Assembly: GCF_006345805.1 (NCBI RefSeq)
Contig: NC_043001.1
Span: 3,162,001-3,226,000, forward strand
DNA: 64,000 nt
Direction: 5' to 3'
Origin: Octopus sinensis
Taxonomy: Eukaryota
A model generated the notes under the pieces. It was given only the letters and a program-made list of their open reading frames with translations. It searched no databases and had not been told where the DNA came from. A program made the translations under genes and the position numbers. The number at the start of each line of letters is the position of its first letter. The first letter of the stretch is position 1. Positions 1 through 12,064 of the stretch are shown here, piece by piece.

Positions 1-297
1 AAGTTTTTTTCAAAGTAATATTTGTATAGTGTTCAAATATAAGTAGCATTCTGCCTTTCTCTGTCTCCCTTGTTTGCACTTGTGTGTTCGAGGTCGTTGT
101 GAATTCTTGGTAGGGTAGAAGAAGAAGAAGGTTGATGAGGAGATAATGGTGTCATTGAGACCCAAAGGTGTCAGGTAATGTTGAATAAGTGCTATAGACA
201 GACCATAGTTAAGTTCCAGATTTGGTGATATTGCGAATAAAGTGTTAAACGTTGGTTCTATGTCAGCGTGTGTATATACACTCAGCGTGTGTATATA

Positions 298-1500
298 TCA
301 GGTTGAGCAAGAGGTAAGCAACGTTTTGAAACATGAAATTCATCACAAAATATTTCAACAATGTAGAAATTCTATTCATCAAAGTAAGTACCATTGCAGC
401 CAACATGTTACAAGTTTGTTTATTCCGGTTGCATTAAAATCTGGAGTTCTGGAGCTGATGAACTCTTTGAACACACTTTCAACATCGGTTTGACTTTTGA
501 ACTTCTCTTGCAGGAAACTATCAACGTGCTGGAAAAAGTGGTAGTCGGTAGGAGAAAGGTCTGAGGAATAAGCTGTGTGGGAAAGAATATAGTAGCCAAG
601 TTCCCTCAACTTGTTGAGCATCATTAGTGAAATGTGTATTCGAGCATTGTCATGAAGAATGATTCGCCCTCTTCTGTTGAGCAGTCTGAGACAAAGGAGT
701 AGCAGTTTTTCGTTCATTTTAGTAATTTTATGACAATATGTTTCTGCAGTAATGGTTTTACCATATTTTAAGAAGCTATAGTCGAGGAGTCCAGCAGTAC
801 ACCATCAAGCAGTCACCGTAACCTTTCTTTTGAAGAGCTTGGGTTTAAGGAAGGTTTTCGGTGCTTCATTTTGATTCAACCACTGCGAAAAACGTTTTTT
901 TATTATTGTGCAGAATCCACTTTTCATCGCAAGTTACAATAAGGTCGAGAAATGGATCGGTGTTGGCACGGAGAAGAAGTGACGAGCAAATTTCATATCT
1001 GTGCATTTTCTAAATTTCATTCAAATCGTGTGGTACCCATTTGTCAAGCTTTTTGATTTACCGATTGCATGCAAATTATTGCAGGCAGTTTTCTGGCTAC
1101 CTTGAAGTCCTTTTGCCAGTTCTCCAGTGGTTTTTACGTGGATCTTTCTCAATGACGGTCTTTAATTTGTGGTCATCGATAACAGACGGGCGTCCATTAC
1201 GCTCACGACCTTTCGAGGCTCACGTCTCCACCGTGAAACCGTTTAAACCATTTTCGAACTGCGCACTCACTGGTCATTTCCTCACCAAGGGTTTCGCTGA
1301 AATCACGAGCAGATCCAGCTACTCTACGTCCTTTTTTTGAAGTTGAAATAGCAAAATTGCTCGAATATCGTGCTTTGAAAGTTCCATTTCAGATGATTGT
1401 AACAAAGGTGAAAAAAATATCTATGTTAATTTTTTTATGCATTTGGTTAAGTCTATGTCTGTATTATCAGACAATTGCAAAAAAAAAATGTTTAAAGAAT
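298..1500 (-). mobile_element. Mariner DNA transposon, near full length; one terminus visible
   Basis: TA followed by TCAGGTTGAGCAAGAGGTAAGCAACGTTTT at 298 resembles a mariner TIR. The matching TIR at the other end was not found; a hammerhead-bearing fragment follows at ~1505. Confidence 0.75.
372..1387 (-). pseudogene. Mariner (DD34D) transposase pseudogene, cecropia/Hsmar1-like
   Basis: Minus-strand translation across frameshifts and stops: MELSKHDIRAILLF...KWFKRF...GRPS...KKLDKWVPHDL...IVTCDEKW...ILHDNAR...YSSDLSPTDYHFFQH...GCNGTYFDE*. All three catalytic-D motifs are present. ATG at 1385-1387, stop at 372-374. Confidence 0.93.
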
Positions 1501-1546
1501 TTAATGCTGGCAGATGGAATTAACCGACCACCAGCCGTTTGCAACG

Positions 1547-1600
1547 AACCACCACTGACGATGCCTACAGTATGGGCGAAACTAGGCCTATTCGGTTGGT
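1547..1600 (+). ncRNA. Hammerhead ribozyme motif (type I, Penelope-type), near intact
   Basis: CTGACGA (1555-1561) + T + GCCT-acagtat-GGGC stem II + GAAAC (1578-1582) + palindromic TAGGCCTA + TTC triplet. Stem I is imperfect (accacc/ggttggt). Confidence 0.65.
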
Positions 1601-1805
1601 CTTAGCTACAGTCATGGAGAGGTTATCTCCTCTGTCGATATATGTATATATTTGGATTCTTCTTACAGAACTAAGAGTCATTTAACTCTTATTTCTAGCA
1701 ATGTAGGTGCTTTGGCAACCTTAGTCACAGTTAGTGACGATTAAAATTTTCCTTTATGGTATCACATTGCGCCTAGTTCCTAGCTGTTTATATTAATGTT
1801 TAGTA

Positions 1806-1945
<140 letters not shown>

Positions 1946-2283
1946 CATACATGATAATTATGATGAACATAAGATTATATAATTTGTTCCGACGTACGTT
2001 TCACGGTTGTGTTTGCTTTGAAATCTGCATTAAATGTTCCAAGGGCAATTGGATGCTTCGCCATAAGGTATCATTGGGGAAGGATTAATTGCATTATATT
2101 ACGGAGAGCTAAAGTCTGAATTTGGGTAGACAGTGACGTATTTTGTAATGGGGTGTAGAAAGAACAGAGGGATATAAAAAAGGACGATGGAAGAAGCGAA
2201 AGGGAGGCGGGAAAGAAACAAATAAAGGAAGAGAAAAGAGAAAAATGAGTGAAACAAGCCAAGGAAGAACGAAAGACTGGAAA

Positions 2284-2630
2284 GACTGCCTTCCGAAGAG
2301 GGTTCCAGTGATCCGATCAACGGAACAGGCTGCTCGTGAAATTAACGTGCAAGTGGCTGAGCACTCCACAGATACTTGTGCCCTTAGCGTAGTTCTCGGG
2401 GAGATCCAGCGTGACACAGAGTGTGACAAGGCTGACCCTTTGAAATACAGGTACAACAGAAACAGGAAGAAAGAGTGAAAGAGTAGAGCAGGGTTCGCCC
2501 CCCCCTTCCGGAACCTCGTGGAACTTTGTGTTTTCGTTCAATAAATACTCATAACGCCCAGTCTGGGAATCGAAACCGGATCTTATAACCGAGGGGCTAC
2601 TGCCCTAACCACTGCGCCATTGCACCTCAC
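2284..2630 (-). mobile_element. tRNA-derived SINE, family B (conserved central domain, possibly Deu/Nin-like)
   Basis: Minus-strand head with A box TGGCGCAGTGG and B-box-like GGTTTCGATTCC. Body (GATCAACGGAACAG..CTCGTGAAATTAACGTGCAAG..) recurs at ~25.0 kb and ~60.7 kb. Domain name is from memory only. Confidence 0.8.
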
Positions 2631-3065
2631 ACTGCTCTATATACAGCAAAAAGGAAAGAAGAGAAATACATAAAAATAAAACGTGAAAATGGAAAGAGAA
2701 ATATATAAAAATAAAACATAAAAATTTTAAAAAGTCAAAAAGCAATGAAAAATTAATAAATCTGAGAAATAGAAAGAAAGATAAAAGAGAAAGAAGGAAA
2801 GAAGAGAAGCACAGGAAAAAGGTGGGAGGGGTAAGAAAAATGTAGTGTTTTGAAATGGTCAGTTTTTTAAAGGTATTCTTTGAATGTTTGAAAAAATTGA
2901 CCACTGAAAAGGGTCAAACTTACAAGAATATGATGGTATAAGCAAGGCACGAACTTACATTTAGTGGATGCTACCAAGTTGACGGATAAATAAATAGAAA
3001 ATTATGGACATGTACTTGCATAGAAAGTGACCTGATCTGAGATCATGTGTTGGAACAAAAACAAT

Positions 3066-3255
3066 TGCAACGTGGAAGGTGTTTATAAGCCATTTAAAAC
3101 GCACAAAATCCGTTAGATTCACTTTAACATTTAAATTTATTTTGCCAAATTATTTTCGTCGCTTTGAGACCGCGACCTGTTCACTGACAAAATTCTGGTT
3201 GAAGTAAACGGTTTTTGCGTGTTTTAAATGGCTAATAAACACCCTCCACGCTGCG
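3066..3255. repeat. Foldback/MITE-like inverted repeat
   Basis: Arms 3071-3114 and 3207-3250 (44 bp, 5 mismatches), 92-bp spacer. Confidence 0.75.
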
Positions 3256-3489
3256 AATGTTAAACAGAAAATCTTTGTGTGGAAAGGTGAACTGAATATT
3301 TCAGCCGGACTAAATCCTGATATATATTCTAAGATACAGAAGTATGGATTCACACACAAACCCACATGCACGTGCGCGTATATATACACACACTAAGTTT
3401 ATACACAGACATAGACACTCTCTCTCTTACACACACACACACACACAAACACATATAAACATACATACATACATACATATGTATATATA

Positions 3490-3848
3490 TTCTTTTACTT
3501 ATTTGGGCATTTGAGTGCTGCCATGATGCAGCACCACCTTTAGTCAAACAAATGAACCCCAGCACTTATTCTATTGATTACTTTTGGCGAACTGTTAAGT
3601 TACAAGGGATGTAAACACAACATCAGCTGTCAAGCGATGTTTGGGAGAACAAATCACAGACACACACACACAAACATACACACATATATACATATATATA
3701 TATATGTTACGATGAGCTTCTTTCAGTTTCCATCTAAGAAATCAACTTACAAGACTTAGGTCGGCCAGAAGGTGCCACGCAGTGGGACTGAACCCCAAAC
3801 CATGTGGTTGGGTAGCAAGCTTCTTACCATTCAGCCACACTGCGCCTA
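3490..3848 (-). mobile_element. SINE family C (tRNA-like head, internal CA/TA microsatellite, CR1-like tail)
   Basis: Head, microsatellite and tail match copies at 18.6, 21-22.9, 38.9 and 44.6 kb. Confidence 0.75.
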
Positions 3849-3995
3849 TAAACAGCTACAGTGTGTCTATATATGTATATATATTTATATATGTGTGTGT
3901 GTATGTGTATATATATATATGTATATATATTATATATATATGTGTATGTGTGTGTGTGTGAGTGTGTGTGTGTGTGTATGTATATAAATATATGC

Positions 3996-4200
3996 ATCAA
4001 AACAGTTTGATTCAAATTCATTAGTACTCAGAGGGCTTCAGACGTGATGCTAATCTTTAGGCATTTTGAATTTGAATAGCTGAAGATTAGTTTCACGCTT
4101 GAGATACTCGGAGTATCAACGAATTTGAATCAAACTGTTTTGATCCAGACATGTAACTCACAAGAAATATGCTGAGTGCCCTTCTTTGTTGACCCACTCG
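3996..4200. mobile_element. Short inverted-repeat element with decayed hammerhead (Penelope-type terminal repeats)
   Basis: Perfect 24-bp IR (3996-4019 / 4121-4144). CTGAAGA...GCTT GAGAT ACTCGGAGT A at ~4080-4115. Homologous to 59230-59620. Confidence 0.55.
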
Positions 4201-4231
4201 TATATATATATATATATATGTATATGTATAT

Positions 4232-4397
4232 GTATGATTGATTGATTTTTCCAGTTTCAGCTCATGAGCTGTGGCCATGCTGGGGCACCGCCATTTGGTT
4301 TGCTACATGATTTTACCTCACGAATGCTTTTTAGCAACTGCCATTTGGTGCATGAGAGAGTTCGATGCAGCTGCCCTCATCTGCACCTCCTGCCGTG
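4232..4397 (-). mobile_element. Short 5'-truncated copy of the CR1-type LINE 3' end
   Basis: Identical to 4885-5050 (offset 653 bp), including the (TCAA)n tail. Confidence 0.92.
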
Positions 4398-4471
4398 GGC
4401 TCTTAGGAGCCTAGTTCGATTTGTTTTTGCTCCGCCTCTGTTCTGTTTTGTTTTTTCCAACGGATTTCCTA

Positions 4472-4559
4472 TTTTCTTCCTGAAAGAAAGACACAATATG
4501 GTCCATTATTCAATCGGATTTTGGTAATTTGTGCCTTTCGAAACACGTGTAGAATGAAA
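4472..4559 (+). ncRNA. Hammerhead ribozyme motif, 1-nt core deletion
   Basis: Stem I ttttcttc / gaa(t)gaaa; core CTGAA-A; stem II GAAAGACACAA/TTGTGCCTTTC (1 mismatch); GAAAC; palindrome ACACGTGT (4543-4550); GTA triplet. Confidence 0.6.
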
Positions 4560-4796
4560 TAAAACGATTTCTGTTCAATCTGCGTTCAGCTCCATTTCTT
4601 CAATCACCAATAATATTTTAATTTCAATTATCCGCACCAACGCACGGTTGCAACACCATATGTTGTACCTCCACCGTGCTTTACTGCTGTGAGTTTTGCT
4701 ACTAAGGTATCGGTTAAACTTTTGATTAATCTACTACCGATTATTCATCTTTCTATTTCACATATATATATATATATATATATATAGATATATATA

Positions 4797-4837
<41 letters not shown>

Positions 4838-4885
4838 TAAATAAATATATAGATGAATGTATATGTATATATGTATATGTATATG

Positions 4886-5940
4886 TATGATTGATTGATT
4901 TTTCCAGTTTCAGCTCATGAGCTGTGGCCATGCTGGGGCACCGCCATTTGGTTTGCTACATGATTTTACCTCACGAATGCTTTTTAGCAACTGCCATTTG
5001 GTGCATGAGAGAGTTCGATGCAGCTGCCCTCATCTGCACCTCCTGCCGTGAAGTTGGTTCATCCGGGGCACCTGACAGGAAGAGATCCAGTCCTACTTAA
5101 AAGACATCCGCATCTACACCATGCAGGTCCCTCAGGTTCTTCGGGAGGATATTGAAGAGCTGTGGGCCTCTGAAGCCCAGGCTATCACAGTATCTTGTCC
5201 TACATCTTGATGGCAAATTTGGAATCCTTGATACTACGCAGTGGCGCCCGGTTCTGGCATTTGTGTGACTCTTGATGCCCAAGTTTGGTACAAGTCCTTC
5301 CAGGATCTTCCAGATATATATTATGGCATATCTTTCTCGCCTATGCTCCAGGGAATAGAGCTTTAATCTCTTGAGTCTTTCCCAGTAGCTTATATGCTGT
5401 ACAGAGGCTATCTTCTTCGTGTAGCTTCGTTGGATCGCCTCAAGTTCTGTGATCAACTTGACACTGGATGGTGACCATAGCTGAGAGCAATAGTCAAAGT
5501 GGCTTAGGACAAGTGTCTTCCAGAGGACCATCATGGTTTCTTGTTCTCTTGTTCTAAAGGTTCTAAGAATCCATCCGGCCAGCCGTCTACATTTCATTGC
5601 CAGTTTAGCAACATGTACATGAAAGGCCGCGTCATCACTCATGTGAATACCCAGGTCACGCACTGATTGTGCCTCTGGGATTGCAATCCCTCCGGGTCCA
5701 GTGTATTCATTGGGTATTGCATTCAGTTTTGCATGCTGATAGCATAAAGCTTGAAACTTTTCAGCATTGAACTGCATGCTATTCTTTTCAGCCCACTTGT
5801 ATATTTTGTCCAGCTCACATTGCAGGTGCTTAGTGTCTTCAGGGTTCTGTATTGCCTGTGAAACTTTTGTATCATCTGCATAACTTGTGATCGTGGCTCT
5901 CTGCGTGGCTGAGGGCATGTCTGAGAGGGCCATTATGAAC
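4886..5940 (-). mobile_element. 5'-truncated CR1/L2-group LINE (RT C-terminal part + 3' UTR)
   Basis: ORF 5097..5996: SYADDTKV, VRDLGIHM, LWKTLVLSHFDYCSQLWSP, YWERLKRLKLYSLEHRRER. One premature TAA at 5097-5099; the frame continues to TGA at 4971-4973. (TCAA)n tail. Confidence 0.93.
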
Positions 5941-5974
<34 letters not shown>

Positions 5975-6788
5975 ATATATGTATGTATGTATGCATATAT
6001 ATATATGTATGTATGTATGCATATAATAATAAATATTAGGGAATAAATCCAAATTTACAGGGAAAAATCAGATTTAGGATTGAATCCAATTTTATAGTAA
6101 AATATTTTATAATATTAATTATATATGTATGTATGTATATGCACAAGCATAAACATATACTCTTATATGTATATACACAGAATTATAGATGTGTATATTT
6201 GCATATTTATAGATACATATTAATATCAATGCACAGACACATACGCATATACACATACACACATAAAGCAGTATGTACATACACATACATTAGCTCGTCT
6301 GTCACTATCGATGGGGACCAATGACGTCACATGGGAGAAGATGGGTCACCATGTGTCTGGCTGTGGCCGATTATGCTTTTATCCCAGTTACAGCCATTTT
6401 ATACTGTGCTTCCATAACAACCGTTCGTTGGTAAGTTTTCCATGTGATATATACTGTTATATACATGATATCCAGCAGCTGTGTACTCGCACGTCATCAG
6501 GTGTGAGGCTTTGAAAGCACTGTTCTAATACCAATGTCCAGAAACAAACGTTGCTATTAAGATTAAAGCCCGTTCATTCCAATTACTTTTACTATAAGTT
6601 TCTCTTTTATATGAATTCTGTGAACACTATCGAATATCCACATATACACACAGTAAAAAGAGTGATCTTGCTGTATGATAGCATATGGTTGTCGATGACT
6701 GCGGAGGAGCTTGGCAGTGCACGTTATAAGGTTATTACACAGATGATATTAAATATGTATAAATATATAAATAAAAAATATGTGCATC

Positions 6789-6789
<1 letters not shown>

Positions 6790-6830
<41 letters not shown>

Positions 6831-7045
6831 AACACATATATATGCATACAAATAAACATACACGTGTGTAAGTATGTCTGTATGTATGTATATATGTGAG
6901 TGTGTACCGTATAAAAAGCATGGTGCTTTTAATGTAAGGAGTTTCAAACAAAAGTTGTTCCTTATTTACACAAATACATGTGTGCACATGAGCGTATACA
7001 CATAAACATTTATATATACATACGTATAATTATACACTTATACAC

Positions 7046-7078
<33 letters not shown>

Positions 7079-7194
7079 TACATATATACACACACATATA
7101 TATATATATAATATATATATATATATACATACCCATCTATGTGTGTATGTATGTTTGTATGTATAAACACACAAACATTTATATATATATGTAA

Positions 7195-7226
<32 letters not shown>

Positions 7227-7247
7227 GCATGTATGTATAAACACGCG

Positions 7248-7293
<46 letters not shown>

Positions 7294-7320
7294 TATGTAT
7301 GTATATATGTGTATATATAT
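6790..7320. repeat. Degenerate TA/CA microsatellite field
   Basis: Read directly; explains the YI/HT-rich spurious ORFs. Confidence 0.9.
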
Positions 7321-7676
7321 GCAGAAGACAGGATGGTCTTCCTTGGAACATCTTTGATCATAGAACTGTCTGTTTGCTGAGGGCTGACTTGGGGCTAAAG
7401 AACGACAACATCACCGACAACAACTGCAGCAGCAACAACAACAACTCCAATTTCTTGTCTCCATGCAATAGCAGATGAAAGACTAAATTCACAGCAAAAA
7501 TAACAATAAAAATAAAGAATAAAATGAAATTGAGGCAAATAAAAAGAAATTTCAATCGTTCTTATGGAAATCATGGAATATTTGAATAGGATGTCAGCCT
7601 TGAAGCAGGCATTAACATCAGTGAGAATCGCAAGAATATCGATTTCGGTCTTCTCTCTTTTTCTTTGTCACTGTAG

Positions 7677-7739
7677 CATCAAACTGCAAATTGATCACAG
7701 CACATTCCTGATTCTTAGTTTATCGATCTCAAAAGCCTG
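7677..7739 (+). other. Candidate 63-nt internal exon of an unidentified gene
   Basis: Long pyrimidine tract + TGTAG acceptor (AG ends at 7676); CTG|GTAAGT donor (GT at 7740); length divisible by 3 with one open frame (IKLQIDHSTFLILSLSISKA). Confidence 0.25.
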
Positions 7740-7854
7740 GTAAGTAAAGTCAACCATGGAAAAATTTGAACTGTGAATGTAGACGAATGAAACTGAATAT
7801 GGGAGTGGGTGGAGAGCGGGGTGGGTGGAGAAGGTTATTCCAGTGCTCTACTGC

Positions 7855-8010
7855 AGCAGCAGCAACAGCAGAATGTAATTTTTTTTTTGCTTGCTGTATC
7901 ACTAAAACTACCAACATCAGCACCACTGCCACTACCACCACCATCACCGCCTCTACGACGACGACCACCACCATCGTCACCACTGCAACCACCACCACCA
8001 CCACCACCAC
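7855..8010. repeat. (CAG)n/(CCA)n trinucleotide repeats
   Basis: Read directly. Confidence 0.85.
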
Positions 8011-9201
8011 CAGAGCCATTGATGTCATAATAATAGAACTGTTTTAAGCACTAATACCAACTGCTCTTTACTTCTGCACTATTAATCTACATTACACTAC
8101 ATTACTTTAAACGACTCTGCGCCACTGTGCCATAAACCACTGGAGTGAAACGATTGAAGCACTCCTTCACTCATGTGTTAAAGTCTCACTCAAATTCAAG
8201 TATGAATAAACTCACTGAGATAATGCAAACCCTTCTTAATGTAAGCGTTTAGCTAAGATACTAATTTAATAATTCTTACATCATCATCATCTTCAACAAT
8301 ATTCTTCTCTTCATCATCATCTCAATTCTCCTCATCCTTTGACATCCTTGATCCATGCTGGCATTGGTTGGATGGTTTGTCATTGTGCACCATCATCTAC
8401 TTTGGAATCTTTTCTGTAACTAAAAGCTCTTCCGAACACCAATGACTTTACAGTATGTTTTGGGGACATATTTTCATGTTGTCAGCACCAACGAAGTTAT
8501 CATGCAACTTGCAAAGACTATGAAACCCAAAAGAGATGGCTTCATGCTTGGAGGTGAGGGTTTAATATATAAGAGAAAGGTTCCAAAGCAGATTAGTTTT
8601 TAAAAAATTTATGGTTACTTACATTTTGAAGGTTTTGGTTGGAGTGATCTGGGTGGAGTAAGAAATATATAAAAATGATATTTGGGGTGACAGTGCTAAG
8701 CGCTGATGTGCATAAATGCAAACTTGTTATTTGTTCAGATATGCTTGGAACATATTCAAAACCGTAAGAAAACCATTTACTACATATGGTCAGTTCACAG
8801 GTCAGTCCACAGTGCCTCATAACCACAGACTGTTGAATGCATGCGTTTCAGCGTGGTTCTCTGCTCTTCAGCAACAAAACAGGAAAAGCAGACACTGTGA
8901 ACAGACACAAGAGACATCATTCCCTCTTATGATATTCCTGTCATCGTTCAATGACTGGTTGTGATATTCAGCAGCTTACTGTAAATAAAATATGGGTCAG
9001 TGCATTAAACAATGAGGTGTATAGAAATAGGGAGGATGAAATGTCTGTGTGGACCATGAAAGTTTAAGGTGAGTAGAAAAACTAGGAGTGCGGTTGGGTG
9101 CAGATTGCCAGATTGCAGGGGAAATGGTGGGAAGTGAGTGATGCGTTTGTAAAGTTAAGGATTCATTGTAGATTTTTGAATGCATTTCTGCGGATTCCTT
9201 T

Positions 9202-9370
9202 TATTCTTTTACTTGTTTCAGTCATTTGAATGTGGCCATGCTGGAGCTCCGCCTTTAGTTGAGCAAATTGACCCTAGAGCTTATTCTTTGTAAGTACTTA
9301 TTTTATTGGTCATTTTTGCTGAAACACATGTGATGTTTGGGGGACAAACACAGACACACAAACATATACA
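9202..9370 (-). mobile_element. SINE family C, 3' half
   Basis: ttacttgtttcagtcatttgaatgtggccatgctggagc matches the family C tail. Confidence 0.75.
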
Positions 9371-9393
9371 CACACATACATACATATATATGT

Positions 9394-9632
9394 AAAAACA
9401 CCATCGAGCATGGTCGATGCCAGTACGCCTGACTGGCGCTTGTGCCAGTGGAATGCAAAAAGCACCCACTACACTCTTGGAGTGGTTGGCATTAGGAAGG
9501 GCATTCAGCTGTAGTAACTTTGCCAGATCGGATTGTAGCCTTCTGGCTCGCCAGCCCTCAGTCAAACCGTCCAACCCATGCCAGCATGGAAAGCGGACGT
9601 TAAACGATGATGACGATGATGATGATGAGGAC

Positions 9633-9711
<79 letters not shown>
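9394..9711 (+). mobile_element. SINE family D (GGAAGGGCAT[CT]CAGCTGTA motif; GCATGGAAAGCGGACGTTAAAC tail + long (GAT)n)
   Basis: Matches copies at 13.7 and 14.1 kb. The (GAT)n tail at 9606-9711 produces the spurious poly-D ORF. Confidence 0.8.
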
Positions 9712-9712
<1 letters not shown>

Positions 9713-10534
9713 CCTCCAAGTGGAAGAACTAAAATCAGAAGATTATTATATCGCTCTTCTACAAATCAGGAAAAATATTGTTGTCTTTGTGAATTATTTT
9801 GAAATTTCAGATGGAGAAAATCGTATTGATTGTTTGGTTAGCAGAATAACAGGTTTCGAATTGAATTAACCATAATGGAGGATATTAGTAAAATCTCGGT
9901 GATACTTAGTAGAAATTCATTTAAATGGAAGAATGAAAGTTCTGTGGCATTTATAATGAAATAATTAAAGAACTATAAGAAAACGTCGTAAACAACAAAA
10001 CACTTTCAGTAGCATTATTTGTGTGTGGAAGGAGGATGAAAAATGCTTACAAAAATATATAAAAAAAACACAACATATAAATGAAATTAGCAAAGAAAAA
10101 AATAAAAACGAAATGAATAAGAAAAATAATAAGCATAACTGTGAAAAAAGCAAAATTAATTTGATTATTGCTTGTTTCTTTTGTGCAATTCTTTATGGCA
10201 GGTGGTGTTTTCATTTTGCAGAGAGAAGACCTGTTCATAATTGTTATGGATTTTCATGAAGAACTTTTTAGATTTTCCAGGTCAAATCACGTCAGAAGAT
10301 TTCATTGGAAAGCTCTATCTTAACGATATTCGCGACATTGTTGTAGTTGTTGTTGTTATTGTTCTTTGTTCCTGTGTTTGCTTCTTCTTCGATGTTTATT
10401 AATTTAATGTTATCTAACTGATTGAATTATTCAAAGATGATTCTGTAAAAGTCGTAATAAAATAAACTTTCAAAAACTATGCTCTGCCGGAATTGGTTTA
10501 ATTCCCCAAAGGCATTGCATTTTCAATATATATG

Positions 10535-10577
<43 letters not shown>

Positions 10578-10588
10578 ATATATATATA

Positions 10589-10619
<31 letters not shown>

Positions 10620-10636
10620 TTGCATATATATATATA

Positions 10637-10725
<89 letters not shown>

Positions 10726-10784
10726 GTATACATATAAATATGTATACATATAATACATACATACATATACATATATATATATAT

Positions 10785-10866
<82 letters not shown>

Positions 10867-10900
10867 CATACATGCATAGATAATAGATAGATGCATATAC
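10535..10900. repeat. TA/TG/CA microsatellite field
   Basis: Read directly. Confidence 0.9.
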
Positions 10901-11056
10901 ATAAATATTCATATGTATGTATATTTTCTTACCTTGCCATCAAATGACTGGCATGGAAAGAAACAACATTGAAAGGGAAAAATGAAACGAAAACTTTTTT
11001 TTAAACATGGAACTAGAAAACAGTGAAGAACGATAAGAAGACATAATATGGAAAGC

Positions 11057-11072
11057 AATAATAATAATAATA

Positions 11073-11155
<83 letters not shown>

Positions 11156-11185
11156 AAGAAGAAGAAGAAAAAGAAGATAATTATG
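11057..11185. repeat. (AAT)n followed by (AAG)n/(ATG)n
   Basis: Read directly. Confidence 0.95.
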
Positions 11186-11669
11186 ATGATGATGATTAAT
11201 TTATTCATGGTAACAAAACTGAAGTTTTGTAGTAGCCCCTTATTAGGAAAGCTGAGTTGAAATCAAATTTGTGAAACAACTGTAAAATTGGCTGTGTTAT
11301 TAACCTATGACCCTCTTTTATTTCTCCTGAAATGAAATGAAAATTAAGAAATGGTAAAGAGCATAAAAAGCAAAATATAAATTCCTATCTTCTGCTAAAA
11401 ATGTATTTTATTGAGTAAAAAAAAAAGCAATTAAATGAAATGTGAAAACTCCCAAATAAGAACCACGACTTGGATTCCTATTGAGACTTAAATTTATTCT
11501 TGACCTTTTTTTGGTAGAGACCTCTTTTGGCATCGCATCCCATTTATTCCCAGTTTCCACTACCTTATATGTTTATTATCTGGATGCGTCGTACAAAACA
11601 ACAGCATTGACATAAAGATGAAAATTCTTAGAAATGGCTTCTCTTATTATAAAATGTTAACTCTTTTAT

Positions 11670-11798
11670 GCCTTCCTTTCTACACACACACACAGTGTCA
11701 CATATGTGGGTATATATGTTTCTATACAGCCTCACCATATATATATGGGTATATATATATATGGGTATATATATGCATATATATATATATATATTTGC

Positions 11799-11836
<38 letters not shown>

Positions 11837-11847
11837 TATATATATAT

Positions 11848-11903
<56 letters not shown>

Positions 11904-11941
11904 GTGTATATATTATTATATATACATACATATGTGTATAT

Positions 11942-11984
<43 letters not shown>

Positions 11985-12017
11985 TATATATAATATATAT
12001 ATATACGTATCTGTATG

Positions 12018-12060
<43 letters not shown>
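11670..12060. repeat. TA-rich microsatellite field
   Basis: Read directly. Confidence 0.9.

Positions 12061-12064
<4 letters not shown>

Noticed and set aside
9417-9869. 150-aa ORF with a poly-Asp tract
   Set aside because: SINE D body plus its (GAT)n tail.
10470-10902. Long ORFs rich in Y/I/H/T/C/V (also 7010-7351, 11618-12120, 16357-17129, 57984-58535)
   Set aside because: Translations of TA/CA/TG microsatellites; no coding signal.
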